In this document: positions 16,656-28,800 of the stretch, piece by piece | Numbering within the stretch: position 1 is the stretch's first letter | How the letters are laid out: each line of letters opens with the position of its first letter | Origin: a virus | DNA length: 64,000 nt | Reading direction: 5' to 3' (one strand) | Virus record (IMG/VR): IMGVR_UViG_3300030012_001696 | Coordinates: 7,601 to 71,600 of that record | Notes under the pieces: model-generated | Database searches by the model: none | What the model was told of the DNA's origin: nothing | The model's input: the letters and a program-made list of their open reading frames with translations, nothing else | Made by a program: the position numbers and the translations under genes

Positions 16656-17050
16656 AAGAAACTTTAAAAGAAAAATACGATAGAACTAAAATGTGGTATA
16701 ATTCAGCACAAAAATTGCTTATGGATAGAACCATTATAAATGTATGGTGGCAAGAATGGGATGAAGATTATCCAGATGAAGGTACTGGCTTAGTATTTCA
16801 AACAGATAAAGGCGATGCATTCTTTGTAGGAATGGATGATGAAGGTAATGGTCCTGGTGCTTTACATGTTGGTATGAGCGATGAACGTAGAGAAGAGTTT
16901 AAGAAAGATGGATTATGTGCTTCTTGTTTACCAGTAGGTGTAGAAAGCAATTCATCATATAAAGAAATGTGGCTAACAATGCATGGTTTAAATAACAAAA
17001 GTTGGGAAGAAGCTGGTCATACTGAACTAACGGAGGCTGAAAATGAGTGA
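16652..17050 (+). CDS. Hypothetical protein (DDEGNGPGAL motif)
   Basis: Recurrent phage motif; coupled ORF. Confidence 0.65.
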   Translation: MKETLKEKYDRTKMWYNSAQKLLMDRTIINVWWQEWDEDYPDEGTGLVFQTDKGDAFFVGMDDEGNGPGALHVGMSDERREEFKKDGLCASCLPVGVESNSSYKEMWLTMHGLNNKSWEEAGHTELTEAENE

Positions 17051-17300
17051 GACACTTAAAACAAAAAAGAAAGTACAACTATTTGGTGCTGGTAGTACAG
17101 AACTAGTTAAGTTCTTAGACAATAAACTTGAAGAAGCACAATCTGGTTCAGTATGGTTTTGGTTACAAGGCATATACAAAGTAGAACAATATCTAGATGA
17201 AGACGGAACTCTTGATGAAATAATGATGCAAGGGGAGTTTAATGAAGAGATAGCCATTGTCAAAGAATGGATTGAAGAATGGAAACAAAATGAAGGATAA
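17043..17300 (+). CDS. Hypothetical protein
   Basis: GGAGG RBS; coupled. Confidence 0.55.
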   Translation: MSETLKTKKKVQLFGAGSTELVKFLDNKLEEAQSGSVWFWLQGIYKVEQYLDEDGTLDEIMMQGEFNEEIAIVKEWIEEWKQNEG

Positions 17301-18117
17301 CTGTCCTACTATCTTTCCTTATTATGGAGGCAAGTATATATTATCTAGAAAGCTGGTACCAATGCTACATAGACATACAAGATACGTAGAAGTGTTCTTT
17401 GGCGGGGGAAGTATGTTTTTTAGAAAAGATAAAGCTAAAATAAATATATTAAATGATTTGCATAATGATGTAATAAATTTGTATATTTCAGTAGCGGAGG
17501 ACTTCAATGAGTTTAAACGATATGCTAAACATATATTGTTATCAAGAACTCTTCACGAAAACTTTAGAAAACATATACACGAAAATAAATCTTTTGATAT
17601 ACCTGATGTAAAAAGAGCGGCAATGTACTTTTTTGTATTGAAAACGGCATTTAACAAAAACCCTTTTCTACCATTAAGTAAAGACGCTAGATGGAATGAT
17701 GGTATACTTGATGACTTAGAAGCTAGTAGATTAAAATTACAAGACACTTATATAGAGTGTATGGATTTTAGAAAGTTATTTGACAAATACAAACCAGATG
17801 AAAACGATATGTGGTATCTTGACCCACCATATGTAGCGGCTACTGATAGAAACGATTACTATATTCATTCATTTAAAGATGAAGACCATAGTGATTTAAA
17901 GACTATGTGTGATGACATTGATAAAACAGGGGGAAAGTTTATGGTTAGTTATGATAACAGACCAATTATCTGGGATATGTATAGGTACTATAACATACAG
18001 GAGATACCTATAAAGTACGCTGGACAACTACATAGCGATGAAAAGAAAATTGAACTAGTTATAACAAACTATATACCTAAAGAAAAACAACTTAGTTTAT
18101 TTGAAATGGAGGATTAA
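17290..18117 (+). CDS. DNA adenine methyltransferase (D12/Dam class); start probably MKDNCP
   Basis: PYYGGK, YVEVFFGGGS and LDPPY motifs. Confidence 0.9.
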   Translation: MKDNCPTIFPYYGGKYILSRKLVPMLHRHTRYVEVFFGGGSMFFRKDKAKINILNDLHNDVINLYISVAEDFNEFKRYAKHILLSRTLHENFRKHIHENKSFDIPDVKRAAMYFFVLKTAFNKNPFLPLSKDARWNDGILDDLEASRLKLQDTYIECMDFRKLFDKYKPDENDMWYLDPPYVAATDRNDYYIHSFKDEDHSDLKTMCDDIDKTGGKFMVSYDNRPIIWDMYRYYNIQEIPIKYAGQLHSDEKKIELVITNYIPKEKQLSLFEMED

Positions 18118-19460
18118 TGGATAAACTGAAAGACGTGAACGATATATTAGAAATGCCGAAAGCTGAACAAGCTGAAATTGCGGTATTAGGTTCTATATTA
18201 CTTGAAGGTAATGAAGTATTTGAAAAGTCTAAAGGTATTATTAGAAATGCAAAAGCGTTTTATTCTGATAAACACCAGAACGTTTGGAATACATTTGTAG
18301 AACTATATAGAAATAATGTAGCGATTGATACGGTAACAGTATACAATGCTATGAGAGATAGTAAAATAGATAAAAACTTAACTACTTATTATCTAACAGG
18401 ATTAGCCGATGGCGTTCCTACAACTGCGAACATTGAACATTATTCTAAAATTGTATGGTATAAATATATACAACGTAGAGTAATTAAAGGTTCCCAAGTA
18501 CTATATAATTTAAGTTTAAATAGCAAAGAAGATGTTATTGAATTGCTGCACGAACACGAGAAAGAAATAGAAGAACTAAAATCTGTTGCACCTAGCAAGA
18601 AAGTAGATACTAAAGATATAATTAACGATACTATATCAACACTTAAAACAGGTAGTAATCTAATTCCTTTTGGTATTGAACAGCTTGATAAAGCAGCAGG
18701 TGGTATGACTCGTAGTGAAATTACAGTTCTTGGCGGTAGACCAGGACATGGTAAAACTACTATGGTTATAAATGTTGTAAAACGATTACTTGAACAAGGC
18801 TTTAAAGTTATGTTATTTAATCGTGAAATGACTAACGTTGAAATGATGAAGAAGATATTAGTAATGGAAAATCCAAAGTTTAGTTACGAAAAGATTAGAA
18901 AAGCTAAAGACATTGATAATGAAATTGCTGAAATATCTCTTGCCAAAACAGAACTAGGAGAAAAGTATAAGAATCTGATTATGCATGATGATTGTAAAAC
19001 ACTTGCAGATGCTATGAAAGAGATAGCTAAAGAAAAACCAGACGTTGTACTTGATGACTATATCCAACTTATTCGTACAGACAACAAGAATAATAAAGAT
19101 AGACGTTTTGAAATCGAAGATATAATGTTAGATTATAAATGGATTTGTAAAAAAGTAAATTGTAGTGCTATACTAGTATCACAATTAAATAGAGAAATAG
19201 AGCGTAGGATAGACCCAAGACCAAAGCTATCAGACTTTGCGGAAAGTGGTGTTATAGAACAAACTGCGGAAGCAGCGTTCTTTGTATACTATCCTTATGC
19301 GGTTGACGACAAGGAAAATGATAGGTATCAAATGGAAATCATATGTCAAAAAGCAAGATATGGACAACTAGGTAGTTATGACCTAGGGTTTAATGGCGAC
19401 AAGTGTAGCGTTTACTTTGATAGAACAGAAGCTATAAGGGTAATGAGCAGTTATACCTGA
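18117..19460 (+). CDS. dnaB: Replicative DNA helicase, DnaB family
   Basis: N-terminal AE.AVLGSIL domain, Walker A GRPGHGKT, DYIQLI, VSQLNRE and SG.IEQ.A. Confidence 0.93.
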   Translation: MDKLKDVNDILEMPKAEQAEIAVLGSILLEGNEVFEKSKGIIRNAKAFYSDKHQNVWNTFVELYRNNVAIDTVTVYNAMRDSKIDKNLTTYYLTGLADGVPTTANIEHYSKIVWYKYIQRRVIKGSQVLYNLSLNSKEDVIELLHEHEKEIEELKSVAPSKKVDTKDIINDTISTLKTGSNLIPFGIEQLDKAAGGMTRSEITVLGGRPGHGKTTMVINVVKRLLEQGFKVMLFNREMTNVEMMKKILVMENPKFSYEKIRKAKDIDNEIAEISLAKTELGEKYKNLIMHDDCKTLADAMKEIAKEKPDVVLDDYIQLIRTDNKNNKDRRFEIEDIMLDYKWICKKVNCSAILVSQLNREIERRIDPRPKLSDFAESGVIEQTAEAAFFVYYPYAVDDKENDRYQMEIICQKARYGQLGSYDLGFNGDKCSVYFDRTEAIRVMSSYT

Positions 19461-19909
19461 TGAATATAATAGCTATAGACCCTGGATGGAATGGTGCAGT
19501 TGCTTTCTTTGCTCAAGACAACCTCCATTCAACAAGTAATTGCCCTTCCTCTAGGGAACCTATAGATATGGTTAATATTATAAAAACTCATAACAAAAAA
19601 AATACCATAGTCTATATAGAACGAGTATGGTCTAGACCTTACGAGAGAGGGGCATTCACATTTGGGAAGAACTACGGCATTTGGTTAGGTATTTGTAATG
19701 CGTTAGATTTACCTATTGTCAAGGTTCTTCCTAAACAATGGCAAGATGTTATAGGAAATAGAATACCAAAAGATTATCAAAAACGAAAACAATACTTTAA
19801 ACGTAGAGCAAAAGCTTTTGCAGGTAGTAAACATAAAGTTACACTTAAAAATGCAGATGCTATATGTATTGGAATGTATGCATTAAATAAGGAGGAACAA
19901 TGCAATTAG
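19460..19909 (+). CDS. RuvC-like Holliday junction resolvase
   Basis: IIAIDPG, VYIE, F.FG..YG, P..W and ADA. Confidence 0.85.
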   Translation: MNIIAIDPGWNGAVAFFAQDNLHSTSNCPSSREPIDMVNIIKTHNKKNTIVYIERVWSRPYERGAFTFGKNYGIWLGICNALDLPIVKVLPKQWQDVIGNRIPKDYQKRKQYFKRRAKAFAGSKHKVTLKNADAICIGMYALNKEEQCN

Positions 19910-20053
19910 ATAAAGAAACTATAAACAATATTAATACAGCTATTATGATAATGAAAGAAGAGCTTTCAGATATAGAGCTAAATCTATTTGAAAATCAAAA
20001 TAAACTAAAAAGAGTTGAAGTACTAAAAAGTAAAATAAATTCTTTGTATGAAA

Positions 20054-22837
20054 CTATAAATTATTCAACGACCTAAGTATTTCATTGATATTTTGTTTTG
20101 GCTTACCTTTAGATTTTTTCTTTTTTTCAGGTAAGTCAGGCAAATAATCGCCAACTAATCTATCTGCACCTTTGTATAAATTACGTAATCTTTCTTTTTG
20201 AGCTCTTGTATCTTTATTTGGAAACAGACCAAGTTCTCCTTGTACTAACACACCAAGATTAACACCTTTACTCATTCTAGGAAATGTATTTGTATATGCA
20301 CGATGCACTTGTGTATTTAATAATCTTATAACTTCTTGGAATTTTTCATTACCATCTTTTTCAGATTCGTCTTGATAACCAACTAAATAAGATAACATAT
20401 CATCTTCTTCTAATTCATATAAACCAGATAAATTTCCAATTGTAATTAAGTCTGATATAGTAGGACCACCAGCTGTACCAATAATAGGACCTTTACCAAA
20501 GAAAGCATCTTTTCTACGTTCTGGGTCATCTGATTGAAATGCATCACGATAATTTTTAAATCTTTCCCATGTATCGTTTTGTACAAGATTACCAAAGTTT
20601 GCATTTAATATAGGAGAAATTAATCCATTAATAGTAGCATACATAATACCTAATCTATACATTCTCCAACCAGCTGCGCTATTCCATTGTCCAGCAAATA
20701 TAGCATCTTTTGCATCTAAAGCAATTTTACGTTGTAGATTAAAAAAGTTTACACCATAGTGTTGAAATTGTCCAATAACCGCACCAGTAGGTGTAGTTAA
20801 AAATTTATTTTTACCAGTTAAACTATAATCAAAATGCAAGTTTTCAACTGCGGCATTACCTGCGTTATCAGCTAATTTTCTTTTATACATTTCTAATTCT
20901 ACTTCATATACAGTAGCATCCTTTTCTTTAAATATAGTTTCTGTTTTATTTCTATCAGCTTTAAGTCTTTCTACAGATAGATTAGCATTAGAAGCTACCA
21001 TTAATCTTTCTTTATCTTTGCCTTTAGCTTTTTTAATTTTTCTTTCTAAATGTCTATCAAATTTTGATACAAAGTTAGGGTCAGCACTCATTAATTTCCA
21101 TTGACTTGTATATCCTATTTTATATGTAAATCTTCTATTAATATTATTTTCTACAAATTCCATAGGTTTACCAGATATTCTAGCAACTTCTTCTAATTTA
21201 TTTTGCAATGATTGTCCTAAACTATTATCAATTTGTAATTTTATAGTACCAGATTTTTTATCAAAATATCTATTATATGGCAAAGCTCCATATATTTCTT
21301 GGAACTCAGGAAATAAAATACCATTATTTTCTAAACCTTGTTGTACTCTAGTTTGCATTTCTTTATTATTTAACATTCTGTTTGTATCTAATATACCTTT
21401 ACTACCAAACCATATATAATTAAACAAACTTTGTGTAGCGTTTCTAGCAGCTGCACGGAAGTTTAAACCAAGTTTACTTAAGAATTGATAAGATGTAAGC
21501 GTTCTAGCTAAGTTAGCACCACCAGCATCTTTAAATCCACCAGATATAACGTCATAATGGTCTGATGCATAATTTTCTAAAAACTTTAGTTTAGCATCTA
21601 ACTCATACATTCCTTTATCGTTTTGTGCTTTTAACGCTACATCATTTATATTTTTAAGTAATTCACTATATTTTAATACATTAAAAGAAGTGTAATTAAA
21701 ACGATTAGCACTTCTAACATAACTATCTATAATAGGAATAACATTATAATTAATAGGACCATTGATTTGTTTATTAGTGTTACCTAAATGTTCATTAATA
21801 TAAGCGTTGTCAGAAAATATTTTATCAACACTTTTAATCATGTCAATAGCTTCTTGCCTTGTATCTCCTTTACTACTGTATAACAATTCAGAAGCTCTAG
21901 ATAAAGTAGGCATAATATCAAATGTTAATACAGGAAAATATCCATCTTTTTGTAATTGTTTAGATTCATATTTTTTAATAATATTATCTAAAATACCAGT
22001 ATTTTCTTTATTAGTTAAATCTTTAGCTCCTTCTATATCTCTAAATTGAGACATACTTTTTCTAATACCATTTCTAAAATTTCTAATCCCTTGCATAATT
22101 CTTTGTTGCGCAACAGGTTGAATGTTTCTTCTATAAATAGTAGCAGCTTCATATATATTAGCATCGTATTTACCTAAGCTACTATCAAAGTCATTACTTT
22201 TCATTGTAACAAGTTCATGAAACTCTCTCAAAGCACGACCTTCGCCTTTTTGAATAAATTTATCTATTTCTGCGTAAGTATTAATTGCTTCTTCGTGTAA
22301 ACCTTTTTGTCTTTGTTTATTATAAGTAGCATATAATTTTCTTATGTCTGCCTGTGCTGATTTAAAATCATATCCATATCTAGCAGAAGCTTCTTTAAGA
22401 TTACGCATTACTGATGCTATTTGTGAGTCAAAATATTGACCAAATCCTTTTTGTTGGTAATTAGAATTTTGTACATCTTGATACCATTTTTCTACAAAAG
22501 GTATATCTTTATATATTTCTTTTGGTAAGTATAACCATTTTGCAAAAAAGCCTCTTTTTCTTGTTATATTTTTTAATTCTCTATCTCTAATTCTTTTAAA
22601 AACTTTTAGTTCTTCAGCGTTCGGAACTTCGTGATAGCGTTTTGTGTTAAAACCATGAACAGCATCTCTAGAATGATTTAAGATTCTTCTAAACATAGCT
22701 ACTCTATTACTGTTTCCAAGTATCTGCATAATAGGTAAGTTTTGAAACTCTCTAGCAGTTTTCATAAAAACTTCTTCTTCTTTTTGTTTTTGAGGGTTAG
22801 GGTCTAATGGTATACAATCTGGTTTTATCATGGACAA
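20054..22837 (-). CDS. Large putative internal virion/ejection protein
   Basis: 927 aa; last gene of the structural arm, after the vRNAP-like gene. Confidence 0.6.
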   Translation of the reverse strand: MSMIKPDCIPLDPNPQKQKEEEVFMKTAREFQNLPIMQILGNSNRVAMFRRILNHSRDAVHGFNTKRYHEVPNAEELKVFKRIRDRELKNITRKRGFFAKWLYLPKEIYKDIPFVEKWYQDVQNSNYQQKGFGQYFDSQIASVMRNLKEASARYGYDFKSAQADIRKLYATYNKQRQKGLHEEAINTYAEIDKFIQKGEGRALREFHELVTMKSNDFDSSLGKYDANIYEAATIYRRNIQPVAQQRIMQGIRNFRNGIRKSMSQFRDIEGAKDLTNKENTGILDNIIKKYESKQLQKDGYFPVLTFDIMPTLSRASELLYSSKGDTRQEAIDMIKSVDKIFSDNAYINEHLGNTNKQINGPINYNVIPIIDSYVRSANRFNYTSFNVLKYSELLKNINDVALKAQNDKGMYELDAKLKFLENYASDHYDVISGGFKDAGGANLARTLTSYQFLSKLGLNFRAAARNATQSLFNYIWFGSKGILDTNRMLNNKEMQTRVQQGLENNGILFPEFQEIYGALPYNRYFDKKSGTIKLQIDNSLGQSLQNKLEEVARISGKPMEFVENNINRRFTYKIGYTSQWKLMSADPNFVSKFDRHLERKIKKAKGKDKERLMVASNANLSVERLKADRNKTETIFKEKDATVYEVELEMYKRKLADNAGNAAVENLHFDYSLTGKNKFLTTPTGAVIGQFQHYGVNFFNLQRKIALDAKDAIFAGQWNSAAGWRMYRLGIMYATINGLISPILNANFGNLVQNDTWERFKNYRDAFQSDDPERRKDAFFGKGPIIGTAGGPTISDLITIGNLSGLYELEEDDMLSYLVGYQDESEKDGNEKFQEVIRLLNTQVHRAYTNTFPRMSKGVNLGVLVQGELGLFPNKDTRAQKERLRNLYKGADRLVGDYLPDLPEKKKKSKGKPKQNINEILRSLNNL

Positions 22838-25800
22838 TACCTTTTATTTTTCTTAATCATGTTACTTGCTTCATCTGTTACATCATATTTTCTTCTACTA
22901 GAAGAACCACTACCGCCTACGTTTCCTATTGGCTCAAATGGTCTTCTATAATCTACAATATGATTTACGCCATCTCTACGTACATATAATCTATTTTGTA
23001 AATCTAAACTATTCTCAAAATCTTTTATACCATTTATACTCATACGTCTAAAATCTCCTAAACCAGTTACGTCATAAAGACCACCAACTACACTATCTGG
23101 TGAGGTATCACGTAATTTAGGCAATAATTCTTGTACAGTTCCATATTTAAAATGTTTTACTAATAACTCATATGTACTTAATCTTGAAACACCAGCATAT
23201 TCTGGGTTAAATATTTGTACTAATTTACTTTTTTGGTGTCCCATAGCTGGAGAAAATATATCTACATAACCAGTATCTCCAGGAATAAAATCAGCATTAT
23301 TGTTTCTTGCTTGTTCACCAGTTCTTAATAATTGATTTGCATTAGAGTAATGTTTTCCTAATTCTTTTATAAATAATTTTTGCATTTCAGGGCTATCTTT
23401 AAACATTCTATTATTTACTCTTAAACCTAATGTAACAAATTTTTCTTGTCGTTTAGTTTCTGGTTTAGGAAATACTTTTCCTTTAAAAGTTATTAGTTTG
23501 TATGGTTCAATTCTAGGAGTCATAACCTTAGCTAAATAAACATTATTTAAACTTAAATCTCCTAATACAGACATTTCACCTAGCATTCTATTAGTAAAGT
23601 ACTCGTATATTTCTGCTGCATCAGAAAACTCTACAGGTTCCTTCATATCTTTAAATTGTACTTTTTCATTATTACGTAAAGAATACCAAGCTTGTTGAAA
23701 ATCTCTTCTTACATCTTGTGCATTTTTATTTAATTCAGAATATTCTTGTTTTCCTATACCTAAATCAAATTGTTTTAATTGACTATATCTACCAAAACCT
23801 TCTAACATAGCTAAAGAATGTATTAAATCTCTATCTGCATAAGGTTCAATGGTATATTTTTTATTTTTCATATCTTCTTTTGCTTCTGCTTTAATCTTTT
23901 TTAATTGTTCTTCTGAAGCTTCTTTTCCATTTTTTCTTATATAGTCTCTTAATTTGTCTACTACTAAATCATTTTCAATTTGTTTTAAAATACTTTCAGA
24001 AACAGGAATTTGTTTTTTTATTTCTTTTAAAAGATTTTCCAAATATAAAATATTTTTATTTAATCTATTTCTACTTGTAGGACTTTGTAATGTATCTTTT
24101 AAACGTTTCATTTTTCTTATTCTAGTATACAATGCATTAGCATATTCGTGTTTATTTCTTGAATAATCTATTTGATTTTCTAATGCTTTAGTTAAATTTT
24201 CGCTTATCATAAACTCATCTAATGTTTTATTATATTCTTCACTAGGTCTTGAATACAAATCTCTATCATTAATTTTTTGAGTAATGTTTCTAATATGCAT
24301 TATTTCTGATAATAATCTATCGTATGTCATAACACTACCACTAAAATCTGTACCATTTCTATTAGCTCTTATAATAGCATTATCACCAAATCCAAACAAA
24401 TCTATATCTGTTTGTTTTACGCCTAAATCTTTAGCCATATTAAATTGCAATGTTCTCATACTACTATTATATGTTTCTAAACCAGTTATCATATCTTGTA
24501 ATGATACGCTTTTTTGTCTACCTCTATCATATTGAAAGTTAGATAATCTTAATAAATCTGAATATGGAGTAAATAAATGTTCATAAATAACATCTTTTTC
24601 TTTTCCTGTTAAAGCGGCTACTCCTTCTTGTCCTTCTCTTTTTGATAAAATACTTGTTTTTAAATCTATTTCAGTACTTTGTTTACCTTCTGTAGTAGTT
24701 TTATATGCAATTTTATCTACACCATATACTTCAAAAATACCATCTTTTCCTAAAAATAAATCTTCATATATTGCTTTTCTTGATTGAAACAATCCATGAT
24801 TATATCCGTTGTAAGCATCTAATACATGTTGATTGTAGTCTGCAATTTTTTGATATACAGCTTTCATATCTAAATCTTGTTTAATAACTAAAAATCTATT
24901 ATCAGGTATTTTCATTATAAATCCATTAACTGTATCTATTTTACCTAATTCAGCTATAGTTCCATCTTCTTTCATAGTAGAATTTCTAGCTATTCTATAT
25001 TGAGTAGGTGAGTTAGCATAGTTATTTATTAACCATTGTAATAAACGTTGTGATTGCATAACAATACCTTTTGCAATATCTGATTGACGTAACTTATTAT
25101 GTATATAATCCATTCTAGTATCGTAATCTGTATATTTTAAATTAGCAAAACTCATTTCACTATTTGTAGTTTCAACATTTCTACTATCTGATATAACACC
25201 TCTATTATTCCAATATTCTTTCATAACATCATGTTTCATATTGTGGAAATAATTGATAGTGTCAATATCAAAATCACCTTCAGCCGCTCTTTTTAAATCT
25301 ACGGCATTAAGTTTTGCTACATTATCTGCGTTAAAGTTTTTTAAAGCTACTGGCATAATGCTAGAATGTTTTACGTGAGGTTGTCTTTCACCAATTATTA
25401 ATATTTTATATTCTGGGTGGTTAGCTTCTAACTTGTCAAATAATTCTCCTAAGTTTTTTATTTTTCCAAATCTATCTTTTACAACTGTATTAGCAGTTAC
25501 AATTGTATCAGCTTCACCTTTATTTTGTTTTACTAGAGTAATTAAATCTAAACTTTCAACACCTGTATTTCTTACAGATTCAGGTACAGATATTTCACCT
25601 GCTTGCCATATTTTTCCATCTAATATAATAGTGTTTTGAAGTTCTGCTTTTCCAAAAGCATTTATATCAGGAGCTAATACACTACTACCACCTTCTACTT
25701 TAGTTTTAAATAGAGGGTCAATTTCAAATGTTTTAAAAACAGCATCTAATCTTGTAGGTAGTAATCCAGGGTTTACATTTGCTTCAGCTAATAACGCATC

Positions 25801-28800
25801 TAAACCTAATGTTTCATTATTAAGTTCAGTAGTTCCTTCTTCATAAACTTTTTGTCTTTGCCATAATTTATATTGTGCAATAGCTTCAGCCTCTCTCATA
25901 GGGTCTGTAAATATTTCTGCATTATTTCTTACACGAGCTACTCTATCTCTAATAATATAATTATAAAATTCACCTACTGCATCTGGTGATAAATTAACTG
26001 TATGATTCAAACCTATTGCTGCTTTATTTTTATGTTCTTTAACACTTATTAGTTGCATATGTTCTGGGTTTAAAGCATTTGTTTGAGAAATATCTAACTC
26101 TTTTGCTTTAGCTGGAGTTATTTCGTTTCCTTTAGCATCTGTAACTGGAGGCTCAGACCATAAATCTTTACTTTCAATAGTTTTAATAGCATAGTTTTCT
26201 CCAATTTTTTTAGAAGCTGAAGTAAATGTTATACTAGCTACTCCTGGATTAGCGTCAAAAATCTTTTGTATTTCTGCGTTTTTCATAATAGCAGTTTTAT
26301 TAATAAAATAATTACTACCTTGTCTTAAAATAATAGGTTTAACACCGCTAACATCACCTAAATCTGTTTTACCTAATAATAAAGCTAATGCTTTCATTTT
26401 ATTTTCAGGCATAAAAGTAACACCATTAACATCACTAGCATCTGATACAGCGTCATTTCTTAATTCAGCTTGTTCTTTTGCTTTTAATTCTTGTAATTTA
26501 ACTATATCAGGGCTATTAGGATTAACTTCTCTTATAGCTTCTATAGCTCTATCATAAGCTTCTATTTGCTGTTTAACTACAGAGTGTATTTCATCTACTA
26601 ATTTACCTTCATATCCACCAGCTAATACTTCATCTGCTATAATTAATTGTCTCCATTTACCATCTGCAAAATCTTTTAATTCATTTCTTACTACTTTATC
26701 TTGAAGGCGAATACCAGGTTCATCTAAAAAATTAACAACATCATTTATGTCTTCTTTAGTAAATCTTTTTGCGCTTATGTTATCAAATAGTTTTAAACGT
26801 TTTACTAGTCCAGCAGAAGTTTTACCCTCTCCATTTCTTTGGTTACTCCACCATTCTTTTTTACCAAATAATTCTCCAACAATCATATCATTCAACATTA
26901 TATCTAATTCTTTTGTAGCTGTTTTATAATTATTAGAAAGAGAATCTTGTTTTAAAGTTTTCCATTCATAACGTGTTGTACCATCTGCTTGTGTTACTGG
27001 TTTTACATTTACTTTATCTAACAAGTCTTGTTTTTCTGCTGAGACAAGTTTATCTTTAATAACACTATCTAAATACTCAGCATATTTAGTTGCAATTCTA
27101 TTACCAACACTTGTGTCTTTTGGTATAAGATATAAATATTTGTTATCTCCATATTGATATGTTAAATATTTTTGATTTGTAGGAACTTCAGTTGGGTTCA
27201 TATTCATGTATCTATACATGTTATGAGAAGCTACATATTCTCCAGTATATAATAATCTTTGTGCTGTATTTAAAAATGATACATCATTAATACCTTTATA
27301 AAATCCTCCAAACCCTACACCTTGTGAATCTAATATGTGAATTGGCATATCAGCATTATCTGCAATCTCACTTAATCTTTCTATTACAATAGATTTTTTA
27401 ATTATTTCATTACTGAACGTAGCATTTTGAGTATTGTTAGCATTCATTACAATTCGTTTAGTATTATAATTACTTTTGCTATTTAACAAAAATGTCATAG
27501 TAGTTAATTCAATACTTTCTAAATCTCTTTTACTTAAATTAGGATTATTGTCAGTTAAGTCTTTCATAAAGTCTTTGGTGAAGTTTGTAATGTTTCCATT
27601 ATATCCACCTTGTGTAACTTCATCTAAAAATAACTTGTTTACATATTGACTATTACTTAAATCAACACCATTTTCTTTTGCACTAAATTTTTTAAATACG
27701 TTGTTGACTAATATTTGTTGTATGTCTGATATGTTATAATCATTTATAGTTAAACCTTCTTCTTTTAATAGTTGTCTATATAAAGAATTAATTTCTGTAT
27801 CTATTTCTTGAAACTTTGTAGTTTCTAACATTTTTTTCAAACGAGTTCTTAGTTCTAACCAAGTATTATTATTATACTCTTTAAAATCTTTTTTGTAAAA
27901 ATCATAAATTTTTAATTCAGTAGCTAATGAAACTAAATCTAATGCATCTCCTCTTCTACTAGCTTCTTTTATTGCGGCATAAAGATATTTTTTAGTTTTT
28001 AATTCTTCTTGTTTATCTAATATTTGTTTTTCAGTAAATGCTCCACGTTGTACAGATATATCAAATTGCATTAAATCTCTACTAATAGTATCCATTATTT
28101 CTGTAACAAAGTTTTGTTCTTTACCTAGCTTAATATCATTCATTGTTTGTAGTAATTGAACAGCATCTGCTTCAGTTATTACGGCTTTTTCAGTTGGACT
28201 AATTGTTACAAAACCACCTTTATCTGTTTTTATTAAAGGTCTCATTACTTCTTCTAATTCTTTAAATACTTGTTCTATATCAATATCTTTTCTTTGTTTA
28301 GATTCTATTAATTCTTTAAGTACCTCAACTTGAACTTCATTTAATCCATTAGATTCAGCGTTTTTTAATAACTCTTTTGCTTGTTCTACACTTAGTGTTG
28401 CATCTTTTGATATGTTATTAGCTTCTTTAAATGCTTCAATCTTTTTTATTGTATCCATACCACTTGCAATAAATCCTCTCATAGTGGTAGTGCCTGGTAT
28501 AATAAAACCTTTTTCTACTAGCTTAATATATTGATTAATATGAACATCAGTAATGTCAACTGGTTCTCCAGTTTTAGGGTCAATAACTTTAGCGCTAGAT
28601 ATTCTATCAAATAATATTTTTCTTTGTACATCATTAATAACTAATCTACCCTCACCAGCCCACTTAGTAACATTGTCAAATAATCTTATATCATTTCCAG
28701 GTTTAGAAAATTCATTTAATATATCTTTTGCTTCAGCTTGAGTAATTCTTTTATCAGCTACTGGTTTGTAATTAGAAGACAATACAGAACTACCAGATTC

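Noticed and set aside
19460-19909. TnpB/IS200-605 or other RNA-guided RuvC nuclease
   Set aside because: At 149 aa with no zinc finger or wedge domains, and directly after DnaB, it fits a plain Holliday junction resolvase.
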